Part shown: one piece after another, positions 10,847 to 21,400 of the stretch | Position numbering within the stretch: the stretch's first letter is position 1 | How the letters are laid out: each line of letters starts with the position of its first letter | Virus record (IMG/VR): IMGVR_UViG_3300025849_002481 | Span: 1 to 64,000 of that record | Source: a virus | Direction: 5' to 3' (one strand) | DNA: 64,000 bases | Program-made: the position numbers and the translations under genes | Notes under the pieces: model-generated | Told to the model about the DNA's origin: nothing | The model's input: only the letters and a program-made list of their open reading frames with translations | Database searches by the model: none

Positions 10847-11234
10847 TGGACGGTACTTGACTATCTCCAGGACCAATTCGATAATTGTCTTCAACACTAT
10901 CTGGAGTACTTACTTCAGTAATACTAGATTCATCAGTAGTAGCTACTAATTGATGTGGCATTAATGGAGGGTTGTGCCATACATCGCCTTCTTTAAGTTC
11001 TTTTTCATATAACATTGAGTCCTTAGTATCAATGTATCGAACTTTAAAGGTGCCACTATTGACAAACCATGTTTCGTCTTTTTCTTTGTGGAAGTGCATA
11101 CTTGTTTTATTTCCGGCTTTATTAAAAAACATAATTTTACCACAATAGTCATCTGTTGTGGCCCAAATGAGTTCGTATCCCCATCCTTTTTGTACCGCTC
11201 CACTTAGTCGAGTAGGTGTAGTTTTATCTTCCAT
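10839..11234 (-). CDS. Cupin (sugar-phosphate isomerase-like)
   Basis: KGWGYE, SMHFHKEKDETW, HQL, EVSTP. Confidence 0.75.
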   Translation of the reverse strand: MEDKTTPTRLSGAVQKGWGYELIWATTDDYCGKIMFFNKAGNKTSMHFHKEKDETWFVNSGTFKVRYIDTKDSMLYEKELKEGDVWHNPPLMPHQLVATTDESSITEVSTPDSVEDNYRIGPGDSQVPSNE

Positions 11235-12030
11235 TTATAAATTCCTCCGGGGTTGTAAAGTTAATGTTTAGTACACTACTTAATTTTTTTATGTCTGCAC
11301 AAGTGTATTCTTGATATTGATCTTTAAGTTCTTTAGGCATAGGTATATATTCAATTTTAGCTTTAAATCTTTTAGCTACTAGATCTGCAATAGTTTGAAA
11401 ACTAGTAGCAACACCTGTACCAATGTTAAATATTCCAGACTCTTTTGATGTTAGCATGTACCGATGTATATTACAACAGTCACCTACATATATAAAATCT
11501 CGTTTGTATAGTTCACTATTTTCAAATAACTTAATTGTACCAGACTTTGCTTGCTTAAAAAACTTAGTTATAGGACTTGCTTGGTCACCTTTATGATCTT
11601 CCATAGCGCCATAAACATTAAAGTATCTAAATCCTTGAACAATAATATTTTGTTTTTGTTGCATTACCCAACGATCAAATAAGTACTTACTTGTTGCATA
11701 ATAACTTTGCGGTTGTTTAGGTGCATCTTCATTAAAATCTAAATTGCAACCATACACACTAGCACTACTAGCATACTGTAAATTTACACCATTAGTATTA
11801 CATTGATTAAATAACCATTTTGAAAATTCATAATTTTGTAACATTACTTTATCTACATCACGTTCAGTAGTTGAACTAATTGCACCAAGATGTATTACCC
11901 AGTCGTATCCAGAAACATCTGGTAATGAATTAAGGTTCCATTCGTAACCAAATAACTCGTTGTCTTTGTCAAGAAACGGAGCTAAATTTTTACCAATAAA
12001 TCCTTCATGTCCTGTTATTAATATTTTCAT
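11224..12030 (-). CDS. hldD: ADP-L-glycero-D-manno-heptose 6-epimerase
   Basis: TGHEGFIG, HLGAISSTTE, YASSASVYG, YxxSK, FRYFNVYG..E.HKG.QAS, RDFIYV, YQEYTCAD. Confidence 0.9.
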   Translation of the reverse strand: MKILITGHEGFIGKNLAPFLDKDNELFGYEWNLNSLPDVSGYDWVIHLGAISSTTERDVDKVMLQNYEFSKWLFNQCNTNGVNLQYASSASVYGCNLDFNEDAPKQPQSYYATSKYLFDRWVMQQKQNIIVQGFRYFNVYGAMEDHKGDQASPITKFFKQAKSGTIKLFENSELYKRDFIYVGDCCNIHRYMLTSKESGIFNIGTGVATSFQTIADLVAKRFKAKIEYIPMPKELKDQYQEYTCADIKKLSSVLNINFTTPEEFINGR

Positions 12031-13168
12031 TATTCGCTTCTATAATATCAGTTGTGCTATGACCTTCAACTGTAGGTATAATATGTACTGGTGCTAAGTC
12101 GTGTCCTACAATTTCAGGTACAGTATAATCGCCACCTTTAACAATAAGATCAGGTTTTAATGACTGTATCAATTCATATGGAGTGTCTTCTTCAAAAATA
12201 ATAACTTCGTCAACATATGGTATAAGTTCTAATTGCTCTTGACGCACATTAACATCGTTAATGGGTCTAGTTTTACCTTTTAAGCGTGACACGCTGGCAT
12301 CGCTGTTAAGCCCTACAATAAGTCTATCACCTAGTGTACGGGCTTCTTTAAGCAACGTAAGGTGTCCTTTATGTAGTATATCAAAACATCCGTTAGTAAA
12401 GATTATTTTCTTATTTAGATCTCTTTCTGTAAGTAAGTACGTACCTGAATGCTTAACAGATTCAGTTGATCCTCTAACAGCAATTTCTAGACAACGCTGA
12501 TAATCATATCCTTTAGTAAGTGCATATACAAATCCTGCTATGAAACAATCACCTGCTCCTGTAACATCTGATACTTCTACAGTATCTACAGGAATATTAA
12601 ATTTTTGATTATCTATTACAGCAACTACATCATTGCCAGCATTAGTTGTAATAATATTACCAAGCCATCTATTAAAATTAAATTGACCAAACTCACTATT
12701 ATTAGGTTTTACTAACCACGCACCTTTAAAGTCGTCGGCTTGTCGTTTTGGATCTACTATAATCTTACATTTGGATGTATTGTTAATGTGATCAATTATT
12801 TGATTTGCTACATTCATCATACCTTTATTATAATCACTTAGTATAGCATAATCATACTGAGTGAAGTCGGTATCTTTTATTAAGCCAATTATGTCTTCGC
12901 CTTCTATAAACTTATCATCGTCAACTCTTGTAACATAATGACCGTCACACATAATACGAGTTTTTATACTTTTAGCATGAGGATATTCGAGTAGATCTAC
13001 TTTAACATTTAAATTAGCAAGGTTATTATAAACTAGTCCTGCGCCACCATATGTTTCTACAACGCTTTCTTGATTAACTACAGGCACTGGTGCTTCAGGA
13101 CTTAGTCGAGTTGAAGTCCCATATATGTATTTGTCAATTATTATGTCGCCTATAACTATAATTTTCAT
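12005..13168 (-). CDS. hldE: Bifunctional heptose-7-phosphate kinase / heptose-1-phosphate adenylyltransferase
   Basis: RLSPEAPVPV, LSDYNKG, DVTGAGD kinase domain, then FTNGCFDILHKGH, GLNSDASV, KGGDY. Start at ATG 13168. Confidence 0.92.
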   Translation of the reverse strand: MKIIVIGDIIIDKYIYGTSTRLSPEAPVPVVNQESVVETYGGAGLVYNNLANLNVKVDLLEYPHAKSIKTRIMCDGHYVTRVDDDKFIEGEDIIGLIKDTDFTQYDYAILSDYNKGMMNVANQIIDHINNTSKCKIIVDPKRQADDFKGAWLVKPNNSEFGQFNFNRWLGNIITTNAGNDVVAVIDNQKFNIPVDTVEVSDVTGAGDCFIAGFVYALTKGYDYQRCLEIAVRGSTESVKHSGTYLLTERDLNKKIIFTNGCFDILHKGHLTLLKEARTLGDRLIVGLNSDASVSRLKGKTRPINDVNVRQEQLELIPYVDEVIIFEEDTPYELIQSLKPDLIVKGGDYTVPEIVGHDLAPVHIIPTVEGHSTTDIIEANNENINNRT

Positions 13169-13174
13169 ATTACT

Positions 13175-13203
13175 ATTATACACTAAAACTCTATATTAGT
13201 CAA
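13175..13203 (-). promoter_or_regulatory. Sigma70-type promoter for the hldE-hldD-cupin-gmhB operon
   Basis: TTGACT-17 bp-TATAAT, with the ATG 6 nt downstream. Confidence 0.8.
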
Positions 13204-13630
13204 GCAAATTAATAACTTCAAATACAGTTTCTAGTTTTTTTAAATTAACTTTCTTGTTTAGTGTGTTTTGTAATCCGTAGTGTAAAGGCTTTGGCCATTT
13301 GCTAAAACTACACCATGCATAACCGTCATGTTCTTTGTTTAATTGCGGAAGGAATTCTTTATCTACTAAGCATAGATATGTATGGAATTTAAATTTTGTA
13401 TCATTAGATACAAATGTTTCTAATGGAATAGTTTTCTTTATGTTAACTTCACCAATCTCTTCGGATATTTCTCTACTAAGACCTTCCCAAGGAGTTTCAG
13501 CACCTTCATTTGTGCCACCAACAAGACCCCATACGGCATTACTACGTTTTCCGTTTGATCGATGTAAAAATAAAAATCTTTGGGTACTTAAACTATAGAA
13601 TAACGCACCACTGCACACAATATTGTTCAT
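13196..13630 (-). CDS. Nudix hydrolase
   Basis: WGLVGG..E..ETPWEGLSREISEEIG Nudix box. ATG 13630 lies 5 nt after TAAATA. Confidence 0.85.
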   Translation of the reverse strand: MNNIVCSGALFYSLSTQRFLFLHRSNGKRSNAVWGLVGGTNEGAETPWEGLSREISEEIGEVNIKKTIPLETFVSNDTKFKFHTYLCLVDKEFLPQLNKEHDGYAWCSFSKWPKPLHYGLQNTLNKKVNLKKLETVFEVINLLD

Positions 13631-13643
13631 ACTAATATTTACA

Positions 13644-15278
13644 TTAGTATGCAAGTCTCCAAGTGCCATCTGGATATTCACCTTCAAACGAAAGTATCCA
13701 TTCTGTTCCGGTCCATTTATATTGTTTTCTAGTAGTTAAATTGGTAACAAAAATTTCAGCTTTTTGTTCATTTGCTTTAACTATTCTTGACCAGTTAGAC
13801 CCATCCCATTCAACAATATCATTAATACTAGCAGCAAAGTCTGATCCGTCTGCATTTTTCCAGGCATCAGGACCGTCTTCATCTAAATATAGTTCATATT
13901 CAACTACATCGGTTATATTTAAAAAATCATTAAATCGTATTTGATAAGTATCAGCTGTAGAATCAACAGTAAAGTGTGTAGCATTTACAGATATACCATT
14001 AACAAACACCTTTGCACTTTCTACATCAGCAAAAGAATAGCCAGTATCATATTGTAAAATTTTATTGTCTGTAGTAAATTTACCTCGATGTACATGACCA
14101 ACATTTCCTAGTAATAATATTCTAGGATTTGTATTAGGTAATAATTGAGGATTTCCTTTTACAGGATCTATGATAGCATCAATACCAGTACTACCATTAA
14201 TAACAGTGTCATCAGGTAATGTGTCTGCATCTATATTTACACTTAGTATTGTTTCATCAAGAGGATTAATTGACACTGTACCAACTATTTCATAACCATT
14301 TGATCGTTGTAGTCGTAACTCAGTAATATCAGGTTGGAATAGCTGTGGCATCGATCGTATATAACCAGTCCAGGTTTCGGCACCTGTTTGTCCCATGCCA
14401 AGTAACTGTGCATTGTAACCGCCATTGCCGTCGTTCATAAAAATAAGATCGTAATTATTATGACTAGTAGTAACTAAAGTTGTTTCGCTAGTTAATGCTT
14501 CACGCTTACCTGTAATTTTATTAGGTATAGCATCTTCCTCAGCATTTACTGGCGAATCTTTAACTAAACTTTGAGCATAAGCACTATCATCTATATTAAT
14601 TTCTAATCCAGTATCATTAAATATAGCTGTAATAATATTTTGGATGACTCCTAATTTTTTAACTTTAGCAGGAGGACTAATAAAGATTGGGCTTTTGAAA
14701 GTTAATGATGCAATATCAATTTCACTTTCAACTCCGGATGGTATAGATCTAGAACTCCAAGTTACGTTTTCTAAATTAACTACACTAAGACTAGTCCAGT
14801 CAATATAGTTATCTGTAGTTTGTATTTCTAAACTTGGATTAAACAGCATTAATATTTGTTCCATAATTTGTAATTTTTGATCAGTATTACTTGACCAAAT
14901 ATCTACATTAACAGTAAGATTATATGGAGTAGGCATTAAACGTTCTACAGTATAGTTTTTACCTTCAGTTTTTAAGTATTCAACACCGTCGGCATCTACA
15001 GCACGTTCTCTAATATTTAATTTACTTACATAGCTACTATCACTTAGTCTAGAAGTATCCATTTCTAATCCAGTAACATATACACTCATACGAGGAGCAC
15101 TTGGAAGTTTGTTTTCTGAATTATCACGTATAATATTAGCAACTTGTCTAGTTAAGTCACCGTAACTAATAGGTACCTTACGTAATGTACCAGGTCCATC
15201 GGAATATGTAAACCCACTAAACATGCGAACCATTTGTGTAAGATATCTTCTTATCTGTTTATCATAAAAATGTTGCAT
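13644..15278 (-). CDS. Tail sheath stabiliser / tail completion protein (T4 gp15-like)
   Basis: HFYDKQIRRY, VPISYG, PRMS, PTPYNL, QIMEQIL..FNP. Confidence 0.8.
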   Translation of the reverse strand: MQHFYDKQIRRYLTQMVRMFSGFTYSDGPGTLRKVPISYGDLTRQVANIIRDNSENKLPSAPRMSVYVTGLEMDTSRLSDSSYVSKLNIRERAVDADGVEYLKTEGKNYTVERLMPTPYNLTVNVDIWSSNTDQKLQIMEQILMLFNPSLEIQTTDNYIDWTSLSVVNLENVTWSSRSIPSGVESEIDIASLTFKSPIFISPPAKVKKLGVIQNIITAIFNDTGLEINIDDSAYAQSLVKDSPVNAEEDAIPNKITGKREALTSETTLVTTSHNNYDLIFMNDGNGGYNAQLLGMGQTGAETWTGYIRSMPQLFQPDITELRLQRSNGYEIVGTVSINPLDETILSVNIDADTLPDDTVINGSTGIDAIIDPVKGNPQLLPNTNPRILLLGNVGHVHRGKFTTDNKILQYDTGYSFADVESAKVFVNGISVNATHFTVDSTADTYQIRFNDFLNITDVVEYELYLDEDGPDAWKNADGSDFAASINDIVEWDGSNWSRIVKANEQKAEIFVTNLTTRKQYKWTGTEWILSFEGEYPDGTWRLAY

Positions 15279-16381
15279 TAGTTATCTGCCTTCGGCTTAA
15301 GAGCCTGTGAAAGTCCTTGCTTCTCTTTGAATGTTTCTCCAGCTACAGTAGTAGTTGCATCGTCATTATTAATAAACGAACCTTTCTGGTTATTAGTAGT
15401 ATTACTACCGTATAGGTCTGCACGTTGTACATCTTGTACTTTATTCCAACGGCCGTTTACATATTTAAATAGTCTATTAGGCATAAAATCAGTTCTCAAA
15501 AAATAATCATCATTTTCTGCATTACTTGGAAAACTTATACCATGTCCAAATACTGTTTCACCGTTAGGTGGTAATGCTGTGCCAACTAAGTATCCGTCAT
15601 ATCCAGGACGATCCGGTGGCTTCATCTCACTTAAACCATCGGCATCCTTAGTACTACTTAATTCAGTTTCACCACTTTCACTTGTATTTAAAGTAAAGTA
15701 ACTAGTAGTATCATACCCGCTTTGTTGAACTTCTTCAGTTGCTTCTGCTACAACAGCATTATTAATTTGCATTTCCTTTTCATAGGTTGAAAGTAAATCA
15801 CGTAACGTGTTGTCACTACCTTCCTCTGCAGGAAGATCAAGTATATCTTTGTATTCTTGACCGTCATAAATTTGTTTTAATTTTACACGATATAAATGTG
15901 GATACCAAGTTTGGCTAAATCCTTCTGCTGAACGATTAACATCTTCTACAACATAGTATCTTTTAAGAGCTACATTAAAATCATTTTCAGCATATTCATC
16001 TTTTAAGTGCGGAAATTCAATAACATCGCCACTCATTATTTTTCTACCAAGAGTTTTTACTGAGCTGTTAATATGTATAGATAAAAATATTGTATCGTTA
16101 CTTAAGAACAGACCAAACTGGCTTAGATCAAAATCGATATCTTGTACATTATAGATACCTCTAATAGTATAGATGTCTTCATCATACTTTCTATCTCTGT
16201 TTTCTAAAAACATCATATCTTGTATTTGAGTATGATCTTTTACAGTCTTGCCATCGTCAGTACCTATATACTTGTGTATATGTAAATCGGTACCACCTAT
16301 GGTAAACATCTCAGATATCTGATTATCTAAAAATTTATAATCTTTGCTTTTAGTTGGTTTGTATAAACTTAATCTCGGCAT
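15278..16381 (-). CDS. Neck protein (T4 gp14-like)
   Basis: D..FLENRDRKY, DLSQFGLFL, GDVIEFPHL; sits between gp13-like and gp15-like genes; start MPRLSLY. Confidence 0.65.
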   Translation of the reverse strand: MPRLSLYKPTKSKDYKFLDNQISEMFTIGGTDLHIHKYIGTDDGKTVKDHTQIQDMMFLENRDRKYDEDIYTIRGIYNVQDIDFDLSQFGLFLSNDTIFLSIHINSSVKTLGRKIMSGDVIEFPHLKDEYAENDFNVALKRYYVVEDVNRSAEGFSQTWYPHLYRVKLKQIYDGQEYKDILDLPAEEGSDNTLRDLLSTYEKEMQINNAVVAEATEEVQQSGYDTTSYFTLNTSESGETELSSTKDADGLSEMKPPDRPGYDGYLVGTALPPNGETVFGHGISFPSNAENDDYFLRTDFMPNRLFKYVNGRWNKVQDVQRADLYGSNTTNNQKGSFINNDDATTTVAGETFKEKQGLSQALKPKADN

Positions 16382-16386
16382 AACTA

Positions 16387-16402
16387 TATTTATCGATAAA
16401 TA
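16387..16402. promoter_or_regulatory. Back-to-back divergent late promoters
   Basis: Perfect palindrome TATTTATCGATAAATA puts TAAATA on both strands between the divergent neck genes. Confidence 0.8.
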
Positions 16403-16424
16403 CAAGTACGGAGAATATAACATT

Positions 16425-17183
16425 ATGGCAGACTTAGCAACTAAAAAACAAAGTATTTTTGATTACGTTAGTGCAATGCTTGGCGGAGGTATGATCGATG
16501 TCGAACTTGATCCTATACATTACCAAACAGCATTAAGCAAATCACTATCTAAATTTAGACAACGTAGTGATAACGCTGTTGAAGAGTCATATTTGTTTAT
16601 GCCCACAGTTGAAGATCAAAATACATATACATTGCCAAATGAAGTAATGGAAGTTAGACAAATATTTAGAAGAAGTATTGGTAGTAGGTCTGGCGGTGGC
16701 GATGGTGGAACAAACTTTGAACCGTTTAACTTAGCGTACACTAATACCTATCTATTATCAAGTAGTAATATAGGTGGACTTGCAACGTATGATATGTTCA
16801 GTCAGTATCAAGAACTTGTAGGAAGAATGTTTGGTAGCTTTATTGAATTTAAATGGAATAATACTACAAAACAATTAACACTATTGCAAAGACCTAGAAC
16901 AGAAGAAACATTAATGCTATATGCATACAACTATCGTCCAGATGAAGAATTACTAAGTGATTACTTAGCACAACAATGGATTAAAGATTATACTCTTGCT
17001 ACATGTAAGTATATGCTAGGCGAAGCACGTTCAAAATTTGCTACTATTGCAGGACCACAAGGAGGATCAACTCTTAATGGTGACGCTCTTAAAAATGAAG
17101 CAATGCAGGAAATTGAAAAACTAGAAAATGATGTAGGACTTGCTGTTGCAGGTGGCACTGGCTACGGATTCACAATAGGTTAA
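16425..17183 (+). CDS. Neck protein (T4 gp13-like)
   Basis: LGGGMIDVEL, WIKDYTLA..K..LGEARSKF....GPQGG.TLNG; SD GGAGA; start MADLATK. Confidence 0.8.
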   Translation: MADLATKKQSIFDYVSAMLGGGMIDVELDPIHYQTALSKSLSKFRQRSDNAVEESYLFMPTVEDQNTYTLPNEVMEVRQIFRRSIGSRSGGGDGGTNFEPFNLAYTNTYLLSSSNIGGLATYDMFSQYQELVGRMFGSFIEFKWNNTTKQLTLLQRPRTEETLMLYAYNYRPDEELLSDYLAQQWIKDYTLATCKYMLGEARSKFATIAGPQGGSTLNGDALKNEAMQEIEKLENDVGLAVAGGTGYGFTIG

Positions 17184-17250
17184 AAACATCCTGAGTTAAC
17201 GCTAACGTTTTTGGTTCCTTGTAAATACAAAGTAACAAGGAGGTTCCATA

Positions 17251-17469
17251 ATGTGTAGTCCATTTGTACGTAAAGAAGCTAACCGACTAAACTGGTTGAT
17301 CAAAGGTAAACTAATTGACAGATCCTGGAGTGATGAATCAGTTGAACAAATCTACGACTCATATTTTAAAAGACTTTGGGGTAATAACGAGAGAATGGAA
17401 TACGGCGCCATAGGGTTTGAAGCCGCATACAAAGCTCGTGAAGCTGAAATATTATCTGAAAAAGGTTGA
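17251..17469 (+). CDS. Hypothetical 72-aa protein
   Basis: Strong SD AGGAGG and an upstream TAAATA. Confidence 0.65.
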   Translation: MCSPFVRKEANRLNWLIKGKLIDRSWSDESVEQIYDSYFKRLWGNNERMEYGAIGFEAAYKAREAEILSEKG

Positions 17470-17494
17470 CAACACTTACAAACTAAGCTATAAT
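17466..17494 (+). promoter_or_regulatory. Sigma70-type promoter
   Basis: TTGACA-17 bp-TATAAT. Confidence 0.85.
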
Positions 17495-17520
17495 ACAATT
17501 AAACCTAAGAGGAGTAATGT

Positions 17521-18081
17521 GTGTTACCAAAGCTACTAGTTGTAGGCCACGGCCGTCACGGCAAAGATACTGTTTGTGAAATGCTTGAACGATACGGATA
17601 TACGTTTCAATCAAGTTCTAAATTTTGTTCAAAACTTTTTATCTATAACGATTTAAAAGAACAGTATAGTTATGCTGATGAAGAAGAATGTTATGCTGAT
17701 AGACATAATCATCGAACTGAATGGTATAACATGATACATAATTACTGTAAAGATGACTTAGCAAAATTAGGACGCAACTTATTTTCAGAAAACAATATCT
17801 ATTGTGGATTACGCAATAAACGTGAATTTTTTGCAATGCAAAACGAAGAAATATTTGATTATGCTATTTGGGTAGATCGAACAGATCATTTACCTACAGA
17901 AGATCCTAGTTCGATGAGTATTGAACAATGGATGTGTGATTATACTATTGACAATAATGGTAATCTACAAAGACTAGAAAAGAATGTAGATATTCTTATT
18001 AATACCATATTTAAAAATCAGGGACTAGATCCCCTTGTTTCCACCGCACTCCTTCAACTTGAAGAATCCGTTGACAGTTAG
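17521..18081 (+). CDS. Deoxynucleoside monophosphate kinase-like P-loop protein
   Basis: VVGHGRHGKDT, GLRNKRE, IWVDR, DYTIDNNG; SD GAGGAG. Confidence 0.65.
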   Translation: MLPKLLVVGHGRHGKDTVCEMLERYGYTFQSSSKFCSKLFIYNDLKEQYSYADEEECYADRHNHRTEWYNMIHNYCKDDLAKLGRNLFSENNIYCGLRNKREFFAMQNEEIFDYAIWVDRTDHLPTEDPSSMSIEQWMCDYTIDNNGNLQRLEKNVDILINTIFKNQGLDPLVSTALLQLEESVDS

Positions 18082-18346
18082 CACATATAGTTTTTAGATT
18101 ACTAGGACGGCAGTTTTCCAAATTACCGTCTATATGGAAAACATTAAACTGTTCTGAGTGCTTACTTTTAAATCCACACTTTTCACAATTACGTTTCTTT
18201 TCATAGCCTCGTTGTTTCCACTTAGGTATTCCATTACCTTTACCATTACGCAAACAACTTTCACATAGCTTACGATAATACGTTTTATTACCTTTTTTGT
18301 AATTTATAGCTGCAGGCTTTTGTCCACATGTGCATAATGGTCTCAT
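18011..18346 (-). CDS. Zn-binding HNH-like protein
   Basis: CTCG, CESC, CEKC, HIDGN..N...NL...CANC. Confidence 0.75.
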   Translation of the reverse strand: MRPLCTCGQKPAAINYKKGNKTYYRKLCESCLRNGKGNGIPKWKQRGYEKKRNCEKCGFKSKHSEQFNVFHIDGNLENCRPSNLKTICANCQRILQVEGVRWKQGDLVPDF

Positions 18347-18459
18347 ATTGTATTTAGCTCACCTTTTTGGTCCCTTTTTCTATGGTATAACAGCATCCTT
18401 TTCGTCTACATATGGTAAATACATGTAATAGAATACCCAATCCAGATAGGAGAAACAGA

Positions 18460-21400
18460 ATGGCATTAGTATCACCAGGTGTACAGGTTAGCGTAGTAGA
18501 CGAAAGTTTTTACACACCCGCTGAACCAGGTACAGTACCAGTAATTTTTTGTGCAACGGCACAGGATAAAACAAATGCGTCAGGTTCAGGCACAGCACCA
18601 GGCACACTAGCACAGAGTGCAGGTAAGCCATATTTAATGACTTCGCAACGTGACCTAGCTGAAACATTTGGCGATCCAATTTTTCAAATTGACGCAAACA
18701 ATAACCCAATACATGGCAGTGAACTTAACGAATATGGTTTACAAGCTGCATACTCTTTCTTAGGAGTAAGTAACAGAGCCTGGGTAGTAAGAGCAGACAT
18801 TAATTTAGGTTCATTAGAACCACAAGCTGCAGCACCAACAGCAGATCCAGTAGACGGAACATATTGGTTAGACACATCAAGTTCATTGTTTGGTATTCAA
18901 GAATGGAATAATGCCGCTATAACAATTAACGGTGGTCAAACATTTACTAATAAAATTCCAAGAGTAATTACTAAAACAGCAGAAACAGAAGATGCAACAG
19001 ACGACAATTTTGTTGTAGTTAAGCGTCCTTTATCATCAATTGGCGAAATTGGCGATTATGCAGTAGTTGCTGTTACTACACTTAATACATTTTGGTATAG
19101 AAATACATCAGGAGATTGGGTACAAGTAGGTAGTGATGCTTGGAGAGATTCATGGCCAACAGTACAAGGTACTAAATCAGCAGCACCAGCAGCTGGTACG
19201 TTTTTAATTAACGGTTCTTCAGTTAGTTGGTCAGCAGCTTCAAATATGACTGACGTTGCTACAGGTATTAACAATTCTGTTCCTTTAGGATACAGAGCAG
19301 CCGTAGTTAACGGAAAACTAGCTATCTTTAGTGATGGTACAGTAAGTGGCTCTGACTCATCTTTAGCAGGACCAGTTGTTATCAGTGAACAAGGCGGAAC
19401 TACTACAATTGATGCATTAGGAATTGATGCAGCTACATATTATCCACCAGCACTACAAATTTCTGCGCATACAAGTGTACCAGAATTTAAAGCAACTGAT
19501 ACTTACAACAGACCTACTGGTAGTATTTGGATTAAAACAACTACACCAAATGCAGGCGCACGTTGGAGAGTTAAGCAGTGGAACAATAACACAAGACTAT
19601 GGGCAGATATAGCAACACCAATATATGATACAGCACAAGAAGCACTAGTACAACTTGATAGAACTGGCGGCGGTGAAAACTTATCAATTGGTGATTTATT
19701 TGCTGACAGCAATGTTGCACAAGATGTACAACCATTAGGCACATTTAAAATTATGCGTAGAATGGCAGTTGGTTCAACTAGTATAAGAACTAATGCAACA
19801 GTAGATTCAGATTTTGTAGACCAAGCTGTTCACAACTTCCAAATAGAAGCAACAGCACCGGGTGATGCTGCATTTAGCGCACCAACAACAATAGCGTTTA
19901 CAGCAAATGATACTGGAGCTAAAACAGCAATAGCTATTGCTAGTGCAATTACAAATGCAGGTATTTCATATGTAAGTGCCGAAGTTGATAGCGAAAATAG
20001 AGTAATTATTAAACACGCTAAAGGCGGCGAGATGCGTTTAACAGACGGTCAAGGCGCATTTGCATGTTTTACAGCATTAGGCTTTACAGCATATGTTAGT
20101 ACAGATTCAACTACTACACGTTTCTTAATGGACGAGCCAGGAGTTGATAACTCTTCAGGTACGCTACAATTTAGAGCAAGTAACTGGGTACCACTAACAT
20201 ATACACCAAGTGCAAATGCGGTAACACAAGCATCATTAGATGGAACACTTTGGTACAGTTCAATTGTTGACGAAGTTGATATTATGATTAACAATGGAAC
20301 TAAATGGGTTGGATATCATAACTTTAGTTCAGACTATGCAGACTGTGATCCAAAAGGACCGATTGTAAGTGCTACACAGCCAACTAAACAAAGTGATAGC
20401 GATGAACTAGAAGAAGGCGATCTATGGCTTGACACAAGTGATTTAGAAAACTATCCAGTAATTTATCGTTACAGAAAACTTACTGATAAGTGGGTACTAA
20501 TCGACAACGGAGATCAAACAACTGAAAACGGCATACTATTTGGTGATGCACGTTGGGGAACATCAGGTGCTAATGGTAATACAAAAGCAACAATAGTTGA
20601 TCTACTAACAGCTGACTACGTTGATTTTGATTGTCCAGATCCAGCGTTATATCCAAAAGGAATGATGTTGTTTAACACACGTAGAAGTGGATTCAATGTT
20701 AAGAAATATTACACTGATTATGTAGACAGTGGCGCACAAAATGCTAGAATGAGTAACGAAGAGCAAAGTGCATACGGTTTAGCAGCTAACGGTGTATTCA
20801 ATCGTTGGGTAACTGAATCAGCTAACCAAGTTGATGGTTCAGGTAGCTTTGGACGTAAAGCACAGCGTAAAGTTATTTTACAAGCAATGCAGTCAGTTAT
20901 TAATGACAATGATGAAATTAGAGATGACGAGTCACGTATCTTTAACTTGATTAGTTCACCTGGATATCCTGAACTTATTGGTGAAATGGTTACATTAAAC
21001 TATGATAGAGGATTAACAGGATTTGTAGTTGGGGATAGTCCAGCAAGACTACTACCAAATGCAACATCACTTAACAATTGGGCAACTAACGCTAGACTAG
21101 CTGTTGAAGATAACGACGACGGACTTGTTACACGTGACGAGTACCTAGGACTATTTTATCCATGGGGATTCACAAGTGATAATGTAGGTAATAACGTTGT
21201 TGTTCCACCAAGTCACATGATGCTAAGAACTATTGCACTAAGTGATCAAGTTAGCTATCCATGGTTTGCACCAGCAGGTACAAGACGCGGCGGAGTTACA
21301 AATGCAAGTTCAACAGGTTACATTAGTAGCGAAGGAGAATTTGTAAGTGTAGCACTAAACGAAGGTCAAAGAGATACATTATATGCACAAGGCGTTAATC

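Noticed and set aside
16344-16424. Longer N-termini given by the ORF track (e.g. 16344, 16423, 18412, 22531, 32551, 35921, 52929)
   Set aside because: They begin upstream of or within promoters/terminators; downstream starts with an SD or fixed promoter spacing fit better.
18011-18346. HNH protein as a mobile homing endonuclease
   Set aside because: Short, has its own late-type promoter, degenerate His positions and no sign of interrupting a gene; more likely a resident gene.
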